From assembly GCF_009914755.1 (NCBI RefSeq), contig NC_060947.1: a stretch of DNA of 64,000 bases; one strand, written 5' to 3'. The notes under the pieces are model-generated. The model was given only the letters and a program-made list of their open reading frames with translations, was not told where the DNA came from and searched no databases. Both the position numbers and the translations under genes were made by a program. The DNA comes from the human T2T-CHM13v2.0 reference genome, Homo sapiens. Shown piece by piece: positions 14,929 through 31,320 of the stretch. How positions within the stretch are numbered: position 1 is the first letter of the stretch; every line of letters begins with the position of its first letter.

Positions 14929-15847
14929 TTAGCCTGAAGGATGAGAATATCAGCTATTCCAATCCTACTGGTCCTCTTAGCTGGATGACCTTGGCTGAGT
15001 CCTATAGCCTCAGACTTCTCATCTGTAAACAGAGGATAGTAATAATGACTACTTATAGAAATGTATGTGCAAGTCCAGGGAAATATTTAGAGTATGGCCT
15101 GCTACATAGCACGTGCTCAAAAATGTTAGTGACATATCTCGTATTTCCTATTCAAACTTTCCATTTTTACTGTTATCTCACATTTTGGGCACTTTCTGTT
15201 CAAGGAGTATATCATTTATTTTCAAATTTACCATATCACCTTGCATTCTGTTGCCACTCTGTAAATATTTGTTCTGTTTTATACAATTATGAAATGCCAA
15301 AAGACCTAAGAGGAGTGAGAAAATGCCACCTGCAAGACTGATAAGGAACCCCTTCAGGTCAGTGGATGGATGTAACTTGATCATTGAAGGACTGGCAACA
15401 TTTGGATGGGCAAAGAAAAAGAAGGGCATTCCAGTTGGCATGACTGTTAGTAAATGTGTGAGATGAGGATGTTGATGGTCAGTGAGTAGTCCACATGATT
15501 TGAAGTGGAGGATTTGTTTGTGGAAGTCTTTAGTATGTTAGCACGAAAGTGAGGAGCACCTTCATTAATAAGGTACTAAGTTTGGAATTTTTCCTGCAGG
15601 CACTGGGGAACATTGAACATTTTGACATTAAAGAGGGATATAATGAAAGCAGTGCTTCCTCAAGATTAATCTGGTGGTGTTGTGTAGATTTACTTAGGAA
15701 ACTAGTCTCCTGGCTAGTTTGTTCCCTGAACAAGGGCAGTAGTCATGAAAACGGAAGATTTGAGCCAAGAGAAAACTGTCAGGACTTGGCAGTTGAATCT
15801 AAAAGTCAAAGAAAAGAATAATCAATTTGAACTTGAAATTATCGTGG

Positions 15848-16122
15848 TAGGCTGCAGTGGCTCATCCTGTAATCCCAGCATTTTGGGAGGCCTAGGCGGG
15901 AGGATTGCTTGAGAGCAGGAGTTCAAGACCAGCCTGAGCAACATAGCAACAACAACAACAACAAAAAGCCAGTAGTTGTGGCATGTGCCTGTAGTCCTAG
16001 CTACTCAGGAGACTAAGGTGGAAGGATGGCTTGAGCCCAGGAAGTTGGAGCTGCAGTGAGCCATGGTTGTGCCACTGCACTCCAGCCTATGTGACAGAGT
16101 GAGGCCCCAGGTCTGAAAAAAA
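15848..16122 (+). mobile_element. AluJ with (AAC)n linker
   Basis: GGATTGCTTGAG and GCTTGAGCCCAGG are J diagnostics; TSD-like AAATTATC(G/A)TG. Confidence 0.9.
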
Positions 16123-17175
16123 ATTATCATGAGATGTATAAAAGCAGGCCACTTGGCCTCTTTCCCTTAATAGTTCTATCTTTAAAGCAGAGTTAATAAA
16201 ATATAACATCTTAGCTTCACAGAGATGAGAAGAACTTAAGCAAGATACTTACTGTGAAGTATCAATATGATAATAGATGCAAGAGTTCCTAGCCCCTTGC
16301 CTAGCATAAGGAAAGCAATTAATAAATGTTTGTTCATTTTATTTTTGTACTTTTGGAAATAGAACGCTCATAGACAAATCAAGGCAGTTTGATAGGGGGA
16401 GAGTAGCTAAGGGAAAGAAAGGATTAAAGAAGATACTGAATCTATACTTCTTGTCTTCAAATTTGATTTACATTCTAAGACATCAAACAAACCTATTTGC
16501 TGCTCATGAGTCTGAGAGTAGAATGAAGAAGAGTAACTACTTAGTTACGATTATTTATGGCTTCCCTCTCCTTCCCCTTTTATTAGGAAAATCTCAGCTG
16601 AAACTTACGGCTATAAACATCTGTTTTGCTGACCCAACACAACCCAAGTTCTTTGATAATTAAATTATTTAAATGCCTTGGGAAGAAGTTATACATGTTT
16701 AAGTAAGAGCAGACAGTTATTTACAATAATAAAATACACAGCCCATTCTTTTCTCTGGACCTGACCCCTTCTCTGGTCTCTGAAGAGGCCATGTCCCTCC
16801 TCATACCACTTCAATTTTGGCCATAGATACAACTTCCAGTTTCCAGGAATCACTTCCAGTGTTTTTTTTCTGAGGGCCTTTGTAGTGTTAAAGCCATACC
16901 CCCTCCTTTTTTTGGTTATTTCTATAAGCTCTCTTCCAAAGAACTGAGAATACTTTAACATGTAGTCAATAAAATGAATCCACATCACAACTCTGTGTAT
17001 CTAGCAGGATAAAACAATCCCAAGCTTTCTAAGAGGCTCTCAGAGTGATATAGAGTGATAGTAGCTCAGTTAGTCTCACTTAAAAGTGGGAAATCCCCAC
17101 CAGAATTGCTAAAATGTAAAGGCATTGCAGTTCCTAGTGTATGTAAGGATAAGATATGGAACAGCTAAAATTCTT

Positions 17176-17478
17176 TTTTTTTTTTTTTTTTTTTGAAACA
17201 GAGTCTCGCTCTGTTACCCAGGCTGGAGTGCAGTGGCGCTGATCTCTGCTCACTGCAAGCTCCGCCTCCCAGGTTCACGCCATTCTCCCACCTCAGCCTC
17301 CCAAGTAGCTGGGACCACAATCGCCTGCCACCACACCCGGCTAATTTTTTTTTGTATTTTTAGTAGAGATGGGGTTTCACCATGTTAGCTAGGATGGTCT
17401 CGATCTCCTGACCTCATGATCCGCCCGCCTCAGCCTCCCAAAATGCTGGGATTACAGGCTTGAGCCCCGTGCCTGGCC
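17176..17478 (-). mobile_element. AluY-like SINE inserted in an old L1M fragment
   Basis: CTGCAAGCTCCGCCTCCC..TTCACGCCATTCTC are Y diagnostics; TSD CTAAAATTCTT at 17165-17175 and 17479-17489. Confidence 0.93.
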
Positions 17479-18227
17479 CTAAAATTCTTATACCTTGCTG
17501 GTGGGACTATAAACTGGTACAACCACATTGTAGAACTATTTAGCAGTATCTAGCAAAGCTAACATCCATATGTCCTATGACCCAGTAATTTAACTTGATC
17601 TGGTTGGTGGTTACATAACTGTTTGTAAGGATGTATTGAGCTGTTGCCTTAGTATTTGTGCAGTGGGGAGTATTTAAATTTTATCTCAATTAAAATTATA
17701 AGTAAATAAATAACTGTATATTTGTAAACATTAAGAAAGGTAAGGAAATCCAAAGCAAAGGAAATAAATGAGTTGCCCAAGATCATCTTTAGTCTGGATT
17801 TGGAAATGTATTCTACTGCATCGCTTCAACTGAACTGCCTATCAAAGAGGAATTACATTTTTAAATCATCGTATTTGATTAAAGAAATTGGGCACCTTCT
17901 TTATTAGAATGAGGGTCTGAACCTTCTGCAATTGGTAGATTCACCAAATTTCTGCTCTGCCAAACTACGAGAAAAGAGAGGGGTTCAAGATTGAAAGACC
18001 AGGGGAAAGATGGGGAAAGGAGGAAAACAAGAGATTGAAAAGACATTGCTACTTCTCACTCCTACTGCTAAAGCTATCTCTAACATGGGATAATTTTGGC
18101 TAGTATCTTTATTTGATACCCATTTGACAAATTCAGATTATCTACAATTCATACAGTACTTTACATTATATTAAGAGTATATGGTCCCTTTTTATAAATG
18201 AAGAGGCTATATATCTCCTCAAGAAGT

Positions 18228-18604
18228 TGTCTTTGTTTATTCTTGCTGCTGTAACAAAATATCAGAGACTGGGTAATTTGTAAATAACAGAAATTTATTT
18301 CTCACAGTTCTGGAAGCAGGAAGTCCAGTAACAAAGTGCCAGCAGATTCAGTGTCTGGTGAAGGCTTTGTCTCTGCTTTCAAGATGGTGCTTTGTTGCTA
18401 TGTACTCACTTGGCAGAAGGCAGAAGGGCAAAAGGGGATGAACGCTGTGTAAAGCCTCTTTAAAAAGGCATTAATCCCATTCACAATGAAGAAGCCCTCA
18501 TGACCTAATGACTGCCTAAAGTCCCCACCTTCTAAAACCATCACTTTGGGGTTTAAGTTCCAACACATGAATTTTGGAGGGACACACACATTCAAATCAT
18601 AGCA
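18228..18604 (-). mobile_element. MaLR solo LTR (MSTD/MLT1A-like)
   Basis: GCTGCTGTAACAAAATA..TTTCTCACAGTTCTGGA..GGGACACACACATTCAAATCATAGCA. Confidence 0.8.
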
Positions 18605-18827
18605 GCAATTTATAGTGATTTTTGATGTGTTGCATATCCTTCAGATAAAAGCTCACAGAAATCTATTCTTGCTAAGTGAGATCAACAATGAACTCTGAAA
18701 ACAGGTTTTCTTAACCACCCATGAGAGGCAATGAATATACCTGAGTGGATCAATTAACTGCATAAAATTATACACAGCATTTTATGTGTATATTAGTATT
18801 TTTTTCTGTGATGGGAATCAGAGCTTT

Positions 18828-21800
18828 TTGGGAAGCCATGAATATGCACCTCTCAGATCTACTGCCAAGAGCATATTGACTGATGGCTCCAGCACTGTGA
18901 AATCCATTACTGAGTTGATGCCAAGGCCACACTTCCCACAGCTTGCTCCAAGACAATGACGCAGGACTCCTCTGATGGCAACTCTGGCTCAAGGGCTCCC
19001 TGATAGCCTTGCTGAACTCCCTCAGAACTGTACTTCAGTCTAAGATGCATCCACTCAACCTTCCTCTCATCCTTCCTTCCTCCCTTCTCTCTGTCCTTCA
19101 CCCAGGGTCAGATCTGCTTTGAGCCTTCCCTGGTTCCCTCCCAATTTTCCCTCACAGGCACTGTCCTTAATACATCTCTTCCATGACTAATCCCATGTGG
19201 TATCTACTTCTTGGTGGAGCTGGACTATACAAGTGGTACCAGGAGTTGTCCTGGTTAACAGGTGGGGTTTAGTTAGTCCCTAGCACAAAGTGGTAGCTCT
19301 ATTGCTAAAGATTTCGCTGGTAGTGACCTGGGAAAATGTCCCAATAGAGGAGTTCAGTGGTCAGAATCATGCTTGGATACAACTTTTAAAGTAAACCACA
19401 GTGCTGTATCTTACATGCGCTACTGTAGAGAACGAAGTCCAGCACCTGGTAGGTCTCTTTGGGTTCTAGAAGCAGCACATTCCACCCCTATGAATATTCC
19501 TCTAGCCTGTATACAAGGTGGCATGCAAGGCTGCTGGCTTTGAGTAGGATCCTGAGCAGGAATATAATCTGCAGCAGATCCAGGTTATGGTACAGGCAAT
19601 CTTGCCACTTGGGCCATACAATCCAGCAAACCATATGATATTACAGGTGTTAGTGGTGGAAAAAGATACCATGTGGAGTTTATGGCAAGCTCCAGTGGGA
19701 GCAAAACAATGTAGGTCCTAGGAGTCTGGAGCAAGGACCTGCCATCCACAGCAAAAAACATTATGCCTTTTGAAAAACAGGTCCCGGCATGTTACTGGGC
19801 CCCAATAAAGACAAAACACTTGACCATGGGTGTCAAGTGGCCATGCAGCCAGAACTACTCATTATGAGTTGGGTTCTTTCTGACCCACCCAAGTCATAAA
19901 GTCGGATAGACCTACCATCAATCCATCATACTATGGAAATGGTACATCTAGGAAGGAGTCCAAGCAAGACTCAAGAACACAAGTAAATTGCATGAGCAGG
20001 TAGCTCAGACCCCCATGTCATCCATAAATGATGCACCAGTTCTCCTTCCCTGGTTTGCACCTGTAGCCATATGAAGGAGAGTTCATATATAAATAGCTGA
20101 AGGAGAATAAACCTCTTTCTTGGTTTACAGATGAGTCTGCTTTTTATGTGACTGAAAGCTAAACATGAACGATGGCTTCATTGCAACCACATTCAGGAGT
20201 GGCCCTGAAAGACAGTGAGAGGGAAAATCTACTAATGGGAAGCTGAAGTGGTACATCTGGTCATCTACTTTCTGTGGAAGGAGAAGTAGCCTGAAATAAT
20301 AATATATACGGATTCACAGGCAGTGGCCAATGGTCTGTCCACCTAGTCAGAAGCCTAGAAATGAAGACTAGATCAGAGACCAGGGATGCTTGGGTAGGGG
20401 TATGTAGATGGACATATGGGAGTGGGTACAAAGTATGAAGATCTTTGTATCACACATAAATATCCACCAGAATATATCTGCCACACAAGCAGACAAAATG
20501 ACTCAGCCAGTTGATATTAGCCAGCCTTTCTCATCATCCAGCCCAGAATTGGCACCATGGCATCTACATGGAGGGGTCATTTTGGCAGAGATGTAGGCCA
20601 ACAACACGGAATCCCATTTACCAAGATTGATCTAGTTAATGCTGCCTCTGAACATCCAACCTGTCAACAAGAGACCCATACTGAGCTCCCAGATATGACA
20701 CTATCCCTTGGTCAGTTGTCAAGTCAAAAACACTGGGCGCCTTCCATTCTGCAAGGGCCAGCAGTTTGTCCTCACAGGGATAGATAACCATTCTAGGCAT
20801 AGGTTTGCTGTTCCTTCCTGCAGAATCTCAGCCAGCATCACTATCGAGGGATTATGAAAGTCCTGATTCATAAGCATGGAATCCCATGCCACATAACATC
20901 TGACCAGAAGACTCATGTTACTGCAAAGGAGGGGTGAGAATGACCCCATGATAATGAGATTCACTGGTCATATCAGGTACCACAGTGTCCAGAGGCAGCT
21001 GGCCTCAACCAATGCTGGAATGGTCTTTGAAAGGGGTAACTAAATTGTTGCTTTGAAAGCAACACTCTGAAAGAAGGAGGCATCATCCTTCAGGACACAG
21101 TGTATGTATTAAATATGAGACTTTTATCTGGTGCTGTGTTCGCAGTAGGAAAAAATACATAGATCCAGAGGACAAAGGGTGGAAGCATGAGTGGCCTCAC
21201 TTACCATTGGAGGACTTTGTGCTTCCTGTCCCATCAACTCTGGGTTCTGCAGAGTTGGTGGTTATGTTCCTCAAAGAGGGCACATTCTTGCCAAGGGATG
21301 TAGGAAGGGTCCCATGGAACTCTAAGCTATGGCTGCCACCAGGACACTTAGAACTACTTGTGTCCAGGGGCCAGAAGGCAAGAAGAGGGGTCACAATTAT
21401 GGCAATAATTGATGCCAATCATCAGGAGGAAGTAGGGCTGTTTTTATACAATGGGAGCATGGAGGAATGTGTGTGTGTTGCCCAGATAATACACTTTTGT
21501 GCCTCCAGGTACTCTCTTGCCCATTTATGACTTTGAATGGGCAAGTGTGGTGACTGCAACTTCAGAAGCGTATGATTCCCAAGGGCTCAGACATCTCAGG
21601 AAAGAAGATTTGGATTAAACCATCAGGGAAAGCCAGTAAAACCTGCACAGGTGACAGTTGAGGAAGAGGCAGCCCCAAGACCTGCTGCAGAACAGGGGTT
21701 GTAATTCGTCTTATTAACCTTCGTTTACTAAGTTTTTTCCTCAGAAAAAGAGGTTCATGGAAACCATGAAGGATCTGCTCCCTGACCTTGTGTGGCAAAG

Positions 21801-22280
21801 TAGATCTGTGCAGTGCAAGGAGACTGTGCCAGCCATGAGAATGTCCCTCTCAGACCCGACTATCAGGATTATAATTGACCTACTGCTGCTCTGAAATCCG
21901 TCAGCTCATTGAAGCCATGCCCCCCACCAGCTGCTCTCAGCCGTGAGTAAGTGCGGCAGGGACACTAGGGCAGGTGCCTCAATGGGAGATGCAGGACTCC
22001 TCTGACCTGCCCCTGTGGCCTGAGGACTCCTTATCAGCTTTGCCAAAAGTTTCTTAGACATGCATTAAAGTCTAAGGCACTTCCACCTAGCCTACCTTCA
22101 TTTCATCTCTCCTCCACCGGGGGTCAGAATCTCCTTCTCAGTCTGATGGCACTCCTAGCCTACCCTAAGAATCGGATGGCACTCCTAACCACCTCTCTCT
22201 CACCATTTTCCGTCACAGGTCTTTCCCTCAATGACTCTCTTGCACAGTTAATCCCATCTCAGAGGACCTGGATCAACACA
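18828..22280 (+). mobile_element. ERVL-class provirus: LTR16A (18828-19231), internally deleted ERV3-16A3-like interior, LTR16A (21825-22280)
   Basis: Two similar LTRs (GCCATGA..CCTCTCAGA..GCAGGACTCCTCTGA..AGTCTAAG..GGGTCAGA..TAATCCCAT), PBS-like TGGTACCAGGAG after the 5' LTR, pol/dUTPase remnants, and flanks GCTTT at 18823-18827 and 22281-22285. Confidence 0.85.
21207..21530 (+). pseudogene. Decayed ERVL dUTPase-like frame
   Basis: LPPGHLELLVSRG..GVTIMAIIDANHQEEVGLFLYN resembles dUTPase motifs 2-3 (IDxDYxGEI). It lies downstream of the pol remnant, as in ERVL. Confidence 0.7.
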
Positions 22281-25227
22281 GCTTTCATCAGATATTCAAA
22301 AGGTTTATGACCTAAAAAAGGTTGTATACAACCCATTTGCCAGATGCTGAGTTTGCATTCCTGCCTTAGAAAAACCAGAAACACGATATGGAGCCATTCT
22401 TGACCCAGATCAATGCTTTCTTTCTTGCAGTATCCTTGATCTAGGTAAGTAAGATTGTGCTGAAGCATCTGAGAAAATAAATCAATGATGGCAGTAAGTT
22501 TAGGCCAAAAAGCGATTTATCTTCCCTCTGGCCAGGCAGGCAGGTCACCCTTCCAACAGAGTCAGCCTTATTATATAAACTAGGAAGACTCAGTGGAATT
22601 TCACAAAGGCAATTAAGTTGGAGAAATAGTCTGCCTTAAATTTACTTATTAAAATAATACATTAACAATACTAAATGTCCTACCTGAATCATCCAAGAAT
22701 GCAGTGCTATTAGTCACTCCAAGAACTTGAAGTGTACCACAAACACAAAGGCATGAGCTTTCTCTATCCTGAAAAATGCAGTGACAAGGGAAGATGATTG
22801 CAAACCATTTCTGGAGAAAATTAAATACATACATTTCAGGTTTTAGACAGTTAGGCTTTTTAAAAATAAAATGTGTGCTTCCTAATCATCCTTGAGCTTT
22901 TCCCATGATATTAATCGTGTTCTGCCAGCAGGGAGAGGGACGATATCTACCTAATAGATCTGTTGCCCATGGGGAAGTATTTCAGAGCCTGGCAACTTCC
23001 CCTTCTCTGATTAGTGACAGGACTGATTCAGAGTGCTCCTCCTTGACCCATTTATTCATGGGTATGCCATCAAGAATAGTTCCAAGCTTTCTATTTCATG
23101 GCATAATAAAAAATAAACTCAAGCAAAATTCATACTCTGTCCTCTTTCTGTCCCATTTTTGTCCTGGTAATATTTCCTGGGTCTTTTCCCCTCAAAACAT
23201 ACTGTATAGAATAAAAATTTTATTTATAAAAATGCATTGTCCCAAATCCCCCCAGTTGTGAGTCCAACTTAAAGTAGTGAAGAGTATGACATTTCTTGGG
23301 TAATATGTGAGCAGAGGAGAAGCTGGAGGTGGGGGTCTGGGATATAGGTGGAGTGAAGCCTTGTTCAAAGCGCAAAAAGTCCCAAATGATCCTTCTTCAA
23401 GAGTAATGTCTCTGTGGAGCATGCTGGTGTTCATGGCAGGATATTAGGATGAGGAGCCTGCTGGAACATCAGTAGCTGATTGAAGCTTCTCTTCATTCTT
23501 GTCTGTAGCTGTTCCAATTGTCAAAATCATCTAGACATTCTCTTTGGGACAAAAAGTTCTGTGAGTCCATGCCAGTTTTGTAATTTAATTTATCAGGAGA
23601 CCCAATTCACCAAGTGACTCTAGATCAAGTATCTAATCTCTTGCATCTAAATTTATCTGTTTGTAAAACTGAGATTATATTGATTATCTCTTCCTCATTT
23701 CATAGGTTCTTATAAAGGGGAAAATGCCCAAATTTTAATTGAGTCAATATTATAAGAGCCAAAAATAGTGTTAAAATCTATGACTCATGGGATTCTTTCA
23801 GCATTATCCATGTTGGTTTTGCATTCATCAAAAAAAAAGTAGCTCTGACAGATTTTGAAGATCTAGCTTCAAACATTGAGTACTTTGAGGGAGGAAAACG
23901 ACAAGGTAAAACGTTGCTAGTTAATGTTACTAGTTTAAAGGCAACAATATTACTGTTATAAAACCATCCCTCACATAGTGTTATCTTTCAAAGGAGTACA
24001 TTTCACATAACTAAAATTGAAGTTGACATCAGCAACCCATGCTTGCATGGATCTAGGCAAATCAGGATTCCATGCAACTCTTGATCACACACCCTGCTTC
24101 ACCATTTTCTTCTGATTCTCCAGCATAGAAGCTCTCAAACAAGTCTGTCATCAGAAGTCCCTCCTTGCTGGGCAGAAAAAGAAATAGCAAGAAAACAGTC
24201 CATTTTCGAGGGAATGGGGAGGGGGAATTGCCAGAAACTTTCATGTCAAGAAGTTTGACTCCATCGCACTATAATCTGGCTCTCATCTACCATATTATAT
24301 ATTAATAAATCTAAAAATATTTCCTAAATTGTTTTGCTACTAGCATATGGAGAGTAATGGTTCTCACTGGAGACAGAAGCAAGCCATTTGACATGGAAAT
24401 AACAATAGCTTCTGTCTCTAGTTGGTCAACCGCAGCTCCAGCAGTAATTGAGTTGGATGTTTTCCAAGTCTTCATTCACAAAGAGGTGTTCATAATGATG
24501 TCTATGAGAGTACTTTTTCCTCTTAAATTTCACAGAGCACCTTTCAAAACAAAAATGATGGTAAAAAATTATTTTATATATATGTATAATTCTGATACAC
24601 ACACATACATCTTATTATCAAATACAAAGTTTTAATAATGGCTGATACGCATTAAATAATTTATTTGAAATTTTGTAAATGGCATATGCCATTCCAGACA
24701 GGTAAATTAGGTTTGGGAAAAATATGTTCATGTACTTTGAGTGCTATGAGCTAGCTTTTGTATTAGAGCACCCATTGTATTCTACCTTGTATTATTGCTC
24801 TTTGTTAACAAGTTCATCTCCATTAGCTTACAAACCTTTTGAATACAATGGCAGTATCTTTTATTTCTTTGTATTTTCTAAAGCAGTGAAATGTGGTTCA
24901 TGGGGAGGAGCTGGTCTGGGAACAGTTGGTTGCCAGTTTGCAACAAGATAAGAACACACATTAACAGTAAATATTTAAGATCTTTTATAGAAATGTACTA
25001 TTACCATACTGTCTAAGTGCATGATGAGTATGCTCGTCTAGTAGAACAAGGCATAGGCCAGATTGAGTGTTGTTGAACTGGCTAGAATGACTTGCATGTG
25101 GTGTGAACTGTATACTTGCCCTGGGCAGCAGAACCATGTATTGGTCTGGCTTGCAATTAATTAGGAATAAAAAGAACAACAAAACTGGTGCTTTAATGCA
25201 GATAGTTTGAGAAGCACCGCTGTAAAT

Positions 25228-25450
25228 CAGGAGTTGGCAAACTATGGCTTGTTAGTCACATCTTACTGGTCACCTACCTGTTGTTGTATATAAAGTTTTA
25301 CGGGAACACAGTCATGCCCATTCATTTATTATATATGCTGTTTTCACACTACAGAGGCAGAGTTGAGTAGCTCCAACAGAGACTGTATGGTTCTCAAAGC
25401 CTCAAATATTTACTATCTGGCCCTTTACAGAAAAGGCTTTTTGATCCCTG
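25228..25450. mobile_element. MER58A hAT-Charlie element
   Basis: CAGGAGTTGGCAAACTATGGC..AATATTTACTATCTGGCCCTTTACAGAAAA..GATCCCTG. Confidence 0.85.
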
Positions 25451-25456
25451 TTCTAA

Positions 25457-25784
<328 letters not shown>

Positions 25785-26134
25785 AGCAGAGTTTTTTTAA
25801 AAAAACTTTATTTGTCTGTAATTGACAGTAAGAAATGCATTTTACTTAGCAAACAAGTAGATACATACATATATCTATCTAAAAGTTTTACAAAAAAAAT
25901 TTACTCATACTACGTGTGATGCACTTTGATATTTCTCTTCTATTCTGCTTTAATTGTATTAAGAAATAATATTGAACACAACATAGTAAATTTATATTAC
26001 AACCAATTAGATTTTTACCCATAATTTGAAAATTATTGCTCTAGCACATTGCTTTGCACATAGGAAACATTTATTGAATAATTTATTAATATATATTAAT
26101 ATCAGAGTTATTTACCTTCTATGTCACATAGGGT

Positions 26135-26430
26135 TTACTGATATTCATTATTATCCACACCTTCTAAGTTCTCTCTTGTACCACAAGGACTGAAAGCCTG
26201 GAAATTATATTTCCCAGATTCTTTTGCCATCATAGTTCCAGTTAGAGTTTGATATGAGAGACATTGAAAGTGGAATGAAGGAGGAGCTATTATTCCACAA
26301 TGGAAGGCAATGGGCATCAGCAGACAAAGACAAAAAGCATGGGGTTTTGCCACACACTTCCAGGCATCTGCCTTAGCATTCCTCTCTTCAGTGCTGCAGG
26401 CAGCTGATATCATTGGTGGTAGCTTCCCTG
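26135..26430 (+). mobile_element. LTR33-like ERVL LTR fragment
   Basis: CTGGAAATTATATTTCCCAGATTCTTTTGCC motif. Confidence 0.45.
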
Positions 26431-26674
26431 TAATTCAACATATTTGGTGAGATCTAGATCATTCATCACATTTTGTCATGGTTATGTTTGGGATATTTGG
26501 GGCTTCCTAGTCAATTCCACTTGAGAAGAAGTGTTCAAAAAAGGAATTAACTAGAGAAAGAAATTAATTCCATTTTCTAGGCAGTATATGGGATAATCAA
26601 TGACTTGAGGAAAGACCCCTCCAACTGGTGAAAAATTTGAGGGGAGAATTACAGAAAGGAAGAGTTATAGTCAG

Positions 26675-26875
26675 TAGTGTGCTGGTAAATGTTTAGCAAC
26701 TGGCTCTCCCAGGGGGAAAAAATCCATGATTTACAGGGTTTGACTATTTCCATGGTGTAAATAATCCCACAATGGCCAATATCAAGCTAGCAATGTGGAA
26801 TCAATGAATGTGAAGTTGGAAAGGGGTGCCCACAATCAGTTCTGCAGGTTAGTGGGAGCTGGCTACAACACATTA
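26675..26875. mobile_element. MER63-like hAT-Blackjack element
   Basis: AGTGTGCTGGTAAATGTTTAGCAACTGGCTCTC..GAGCTGGCTACAACAC. Confidence 0.7.
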
Positions 26876-26971
26876 GATATAATCTTACTAGTGGGGTGTC
26901 CAGGGCAGCCGCAGCTTGTATCTGTTGTCCATACCAGCCATCTTTCACTTCCCAGAGTATTTTATTTAATA

Positions 26972-27977
26972 GAGTCTATTCTTTTTATGCACAGTAGTTA
27001 TGTTCTATAAATTCACTGCAAACACCAAATTGGTGAATACTGAACTATCACTCCTAGGGAAAACATAAGGTCAGGTTCCTGCAAGGCTCTGGTAACATTT
27101 TTATCAACCAATCAATACATTACCTTGTTTTCTGTGTGTTCTTGTTTAAAGACACCTTATTTAATGTATATTGTTGGTTCATTATACATTAACATATAGT
27201 TATAGATTATACACTGAGCTCACGGCCAACAGCACTATCTCACGCCTGAAGGAGACTTATCTGACATATACATTTTCTTTTTAAGAAATATTATAGCCCG
27301 GGTTCGGTGGCTCACACCTGTAATCCCAGCACTTTGGGAGGCCAAGGCGGGTGGATCACTAGGTCAGGATATCGAGACCATCCTGGCTAACATGTTGAAA
27401 CCCCGTCTCTAGTAAAAATACAAAAAAATAGCCGGGTGTGGTGGTGGGCGCCTGTAGTCCTAGCTACTCAGGAGGCTGAGGCAGAAGAATGGTGTGAACC
27501 CGGGAGGCGGAGCTTGAAGTGAGCAGAGATCGGCGCCACTGCACTCCAGCCTGGGCGGCAGAGCAAGACTCCATCTCAAAAAAAAAAAAAAAAGAAGAAA
27601 AAAAGAAAAAAAAAAGAAATATTATAGCCTTCTTGTGTTTATGAGCAATAGGCAGCACTTCAGCACTATATATAGGGGCCACTTTAAACAGCAAAATCAT
27701 TAAGTAAAAGCACAAAAATGAGGAAAATGTGGCACTAAACAGACCATGAAAAGAACACTTGTTTACAGTGTAAGAGCTGAAACAAATAGGCAGGGTGTCA
27801 CCTTGTTCAACCTAAGCAAGGAGAATGCATGTTGAGTGGGTAAAATTTTTTGTCACTCTGAGCATGTCTATGAACAATGGCAAAAGCACCACAAGTATAG
27901 ATTTTGGTGTTATGAATACATTTTAGCAAGCAAGCAAATCTGTAAATACAGTATCCATGAATAATGAAAATTGACTG
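26972..27977. mobile_element. MER82 (TcMar-Tigger) element interrupted by AluY
   Basis: CAGTAGTTATGTTCTATAAA..GGTTCCTGCAAGGCTCTGG..GAATAATGAAAATTGACTG, flanked by TA dinucleotides. Confidence 0.8.
27296..27613 (+). mobile_element. AluY
   Basis: GAATGGTGTGAACCCGGGAGGCGGAGCTTG; 16-bp TSD AAGAAATATTATAGCC at 27283-27298 and 27614-27629. Confidence 0.95.
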
Positions 27978-28524
27978 TATATTATGATTACCCTAGTTAT
28001 TTTTTAAAGATTTTTATTGATACATAATAACTGTACATATTTATGGGGTACATGTGATATTTTGATACATGCATACAATGCGTAGTGATCAAATCAGGGT
28101 AATTAAGATATCCATCACTTCAAACATTTATCATTTCTTTGTGTTGGGAACATTTCGAATCTCCAACTATTTTGAAATATATAGTAAATTACTGTTAACT
28201 ATAGTCACCCCACTGTGCTATTGAACACTAGAACTTATTCCTTCTTATCTAACTGTATTTTTATATCCAGTAGTCAACCACTCTTCATCCTCCCTTCCCC
28301 ATTACCCTTCTCAGCTTCTGGCAACCATCATTCTACTTTCTACTTCTATGAGATCAACTTTTTTAGCTCGCACATGGGTGAGAACACACAATATTCATCT
28401 TTCTGTGCCTGGCTTATTCCACTTAATATAATGTATTCCAGTTCCATTCATGTTGCTGAAAATGACAGAATTTCATTCTTTTTTGACCAAATAATATTCC
28501 ATTGTGTATATATACCACATTTTA

Positions 28525-30527
<2,003 letters not shown>

Positions 30528-31320
30528 AATACCATACTTTATTTATTCACCCTTTGATGGACACTTAAGTTGATTCCATGTCTTGGCTATTATGAACAGT
30601 GCTGCAACAAACATGGGAGTGCAGATATCTCTTTGCTAAATTGACTTCCTTTCTTTTGGATATATACCCAGGAGTCAGATATGTGAATCATATGGTAGTT
30701 CTAAGTTTTTTGAGGAAACTCCATACTGTTTTCCATAGTGACTGTACTAATTAACATTCCCACCAACAGTGTAAAAGCATTACCTTTTCTCCACATCCTC
30801 ATCAGCATCTGTTATTGTTTGTCTTTTTGGTAATAGCCATTTAACTGAAGTAAGATAAGATCTCATGGTGGTTTTGATTTGCATTTTTCTGATAATGAGT
30901 GATATCAAACAATTTTTCATATGCTTCTTGGCCATTTGTATGTCTTCTTTTGAGAAATGTCTATTCAGATCATTTGCCCATTTTTAATTGGATTATTTTT
31001 GTTTTCTGTTTTTGCTATTGAGTTGTTTGAGTTTCTTACAAATTCTGGTTATTAACCCCTTGCGAAATGGATAGCTTGAAAATATTTTCTTCCATTCTGT
31101 AAGTTTTCTCTTCAGTCTGTTGATCGTTTTCCATGCTGTGCAGAAGCTTTTTAGTTTGATGTAATTCCATTAGTCTATTTTTGCTTTTGTTATCTGTGCT
31201 TTTATGGTCTTGCCCCAAAATCTTTACTCAGATCAATTTCCAGAAGTGTTTCTCTAATGTTTTCTTCTAGTAGTTTCATAGTTTCAGGTCTTACATTTAA
31301 GTCAATCTATTTTAAGTTGA

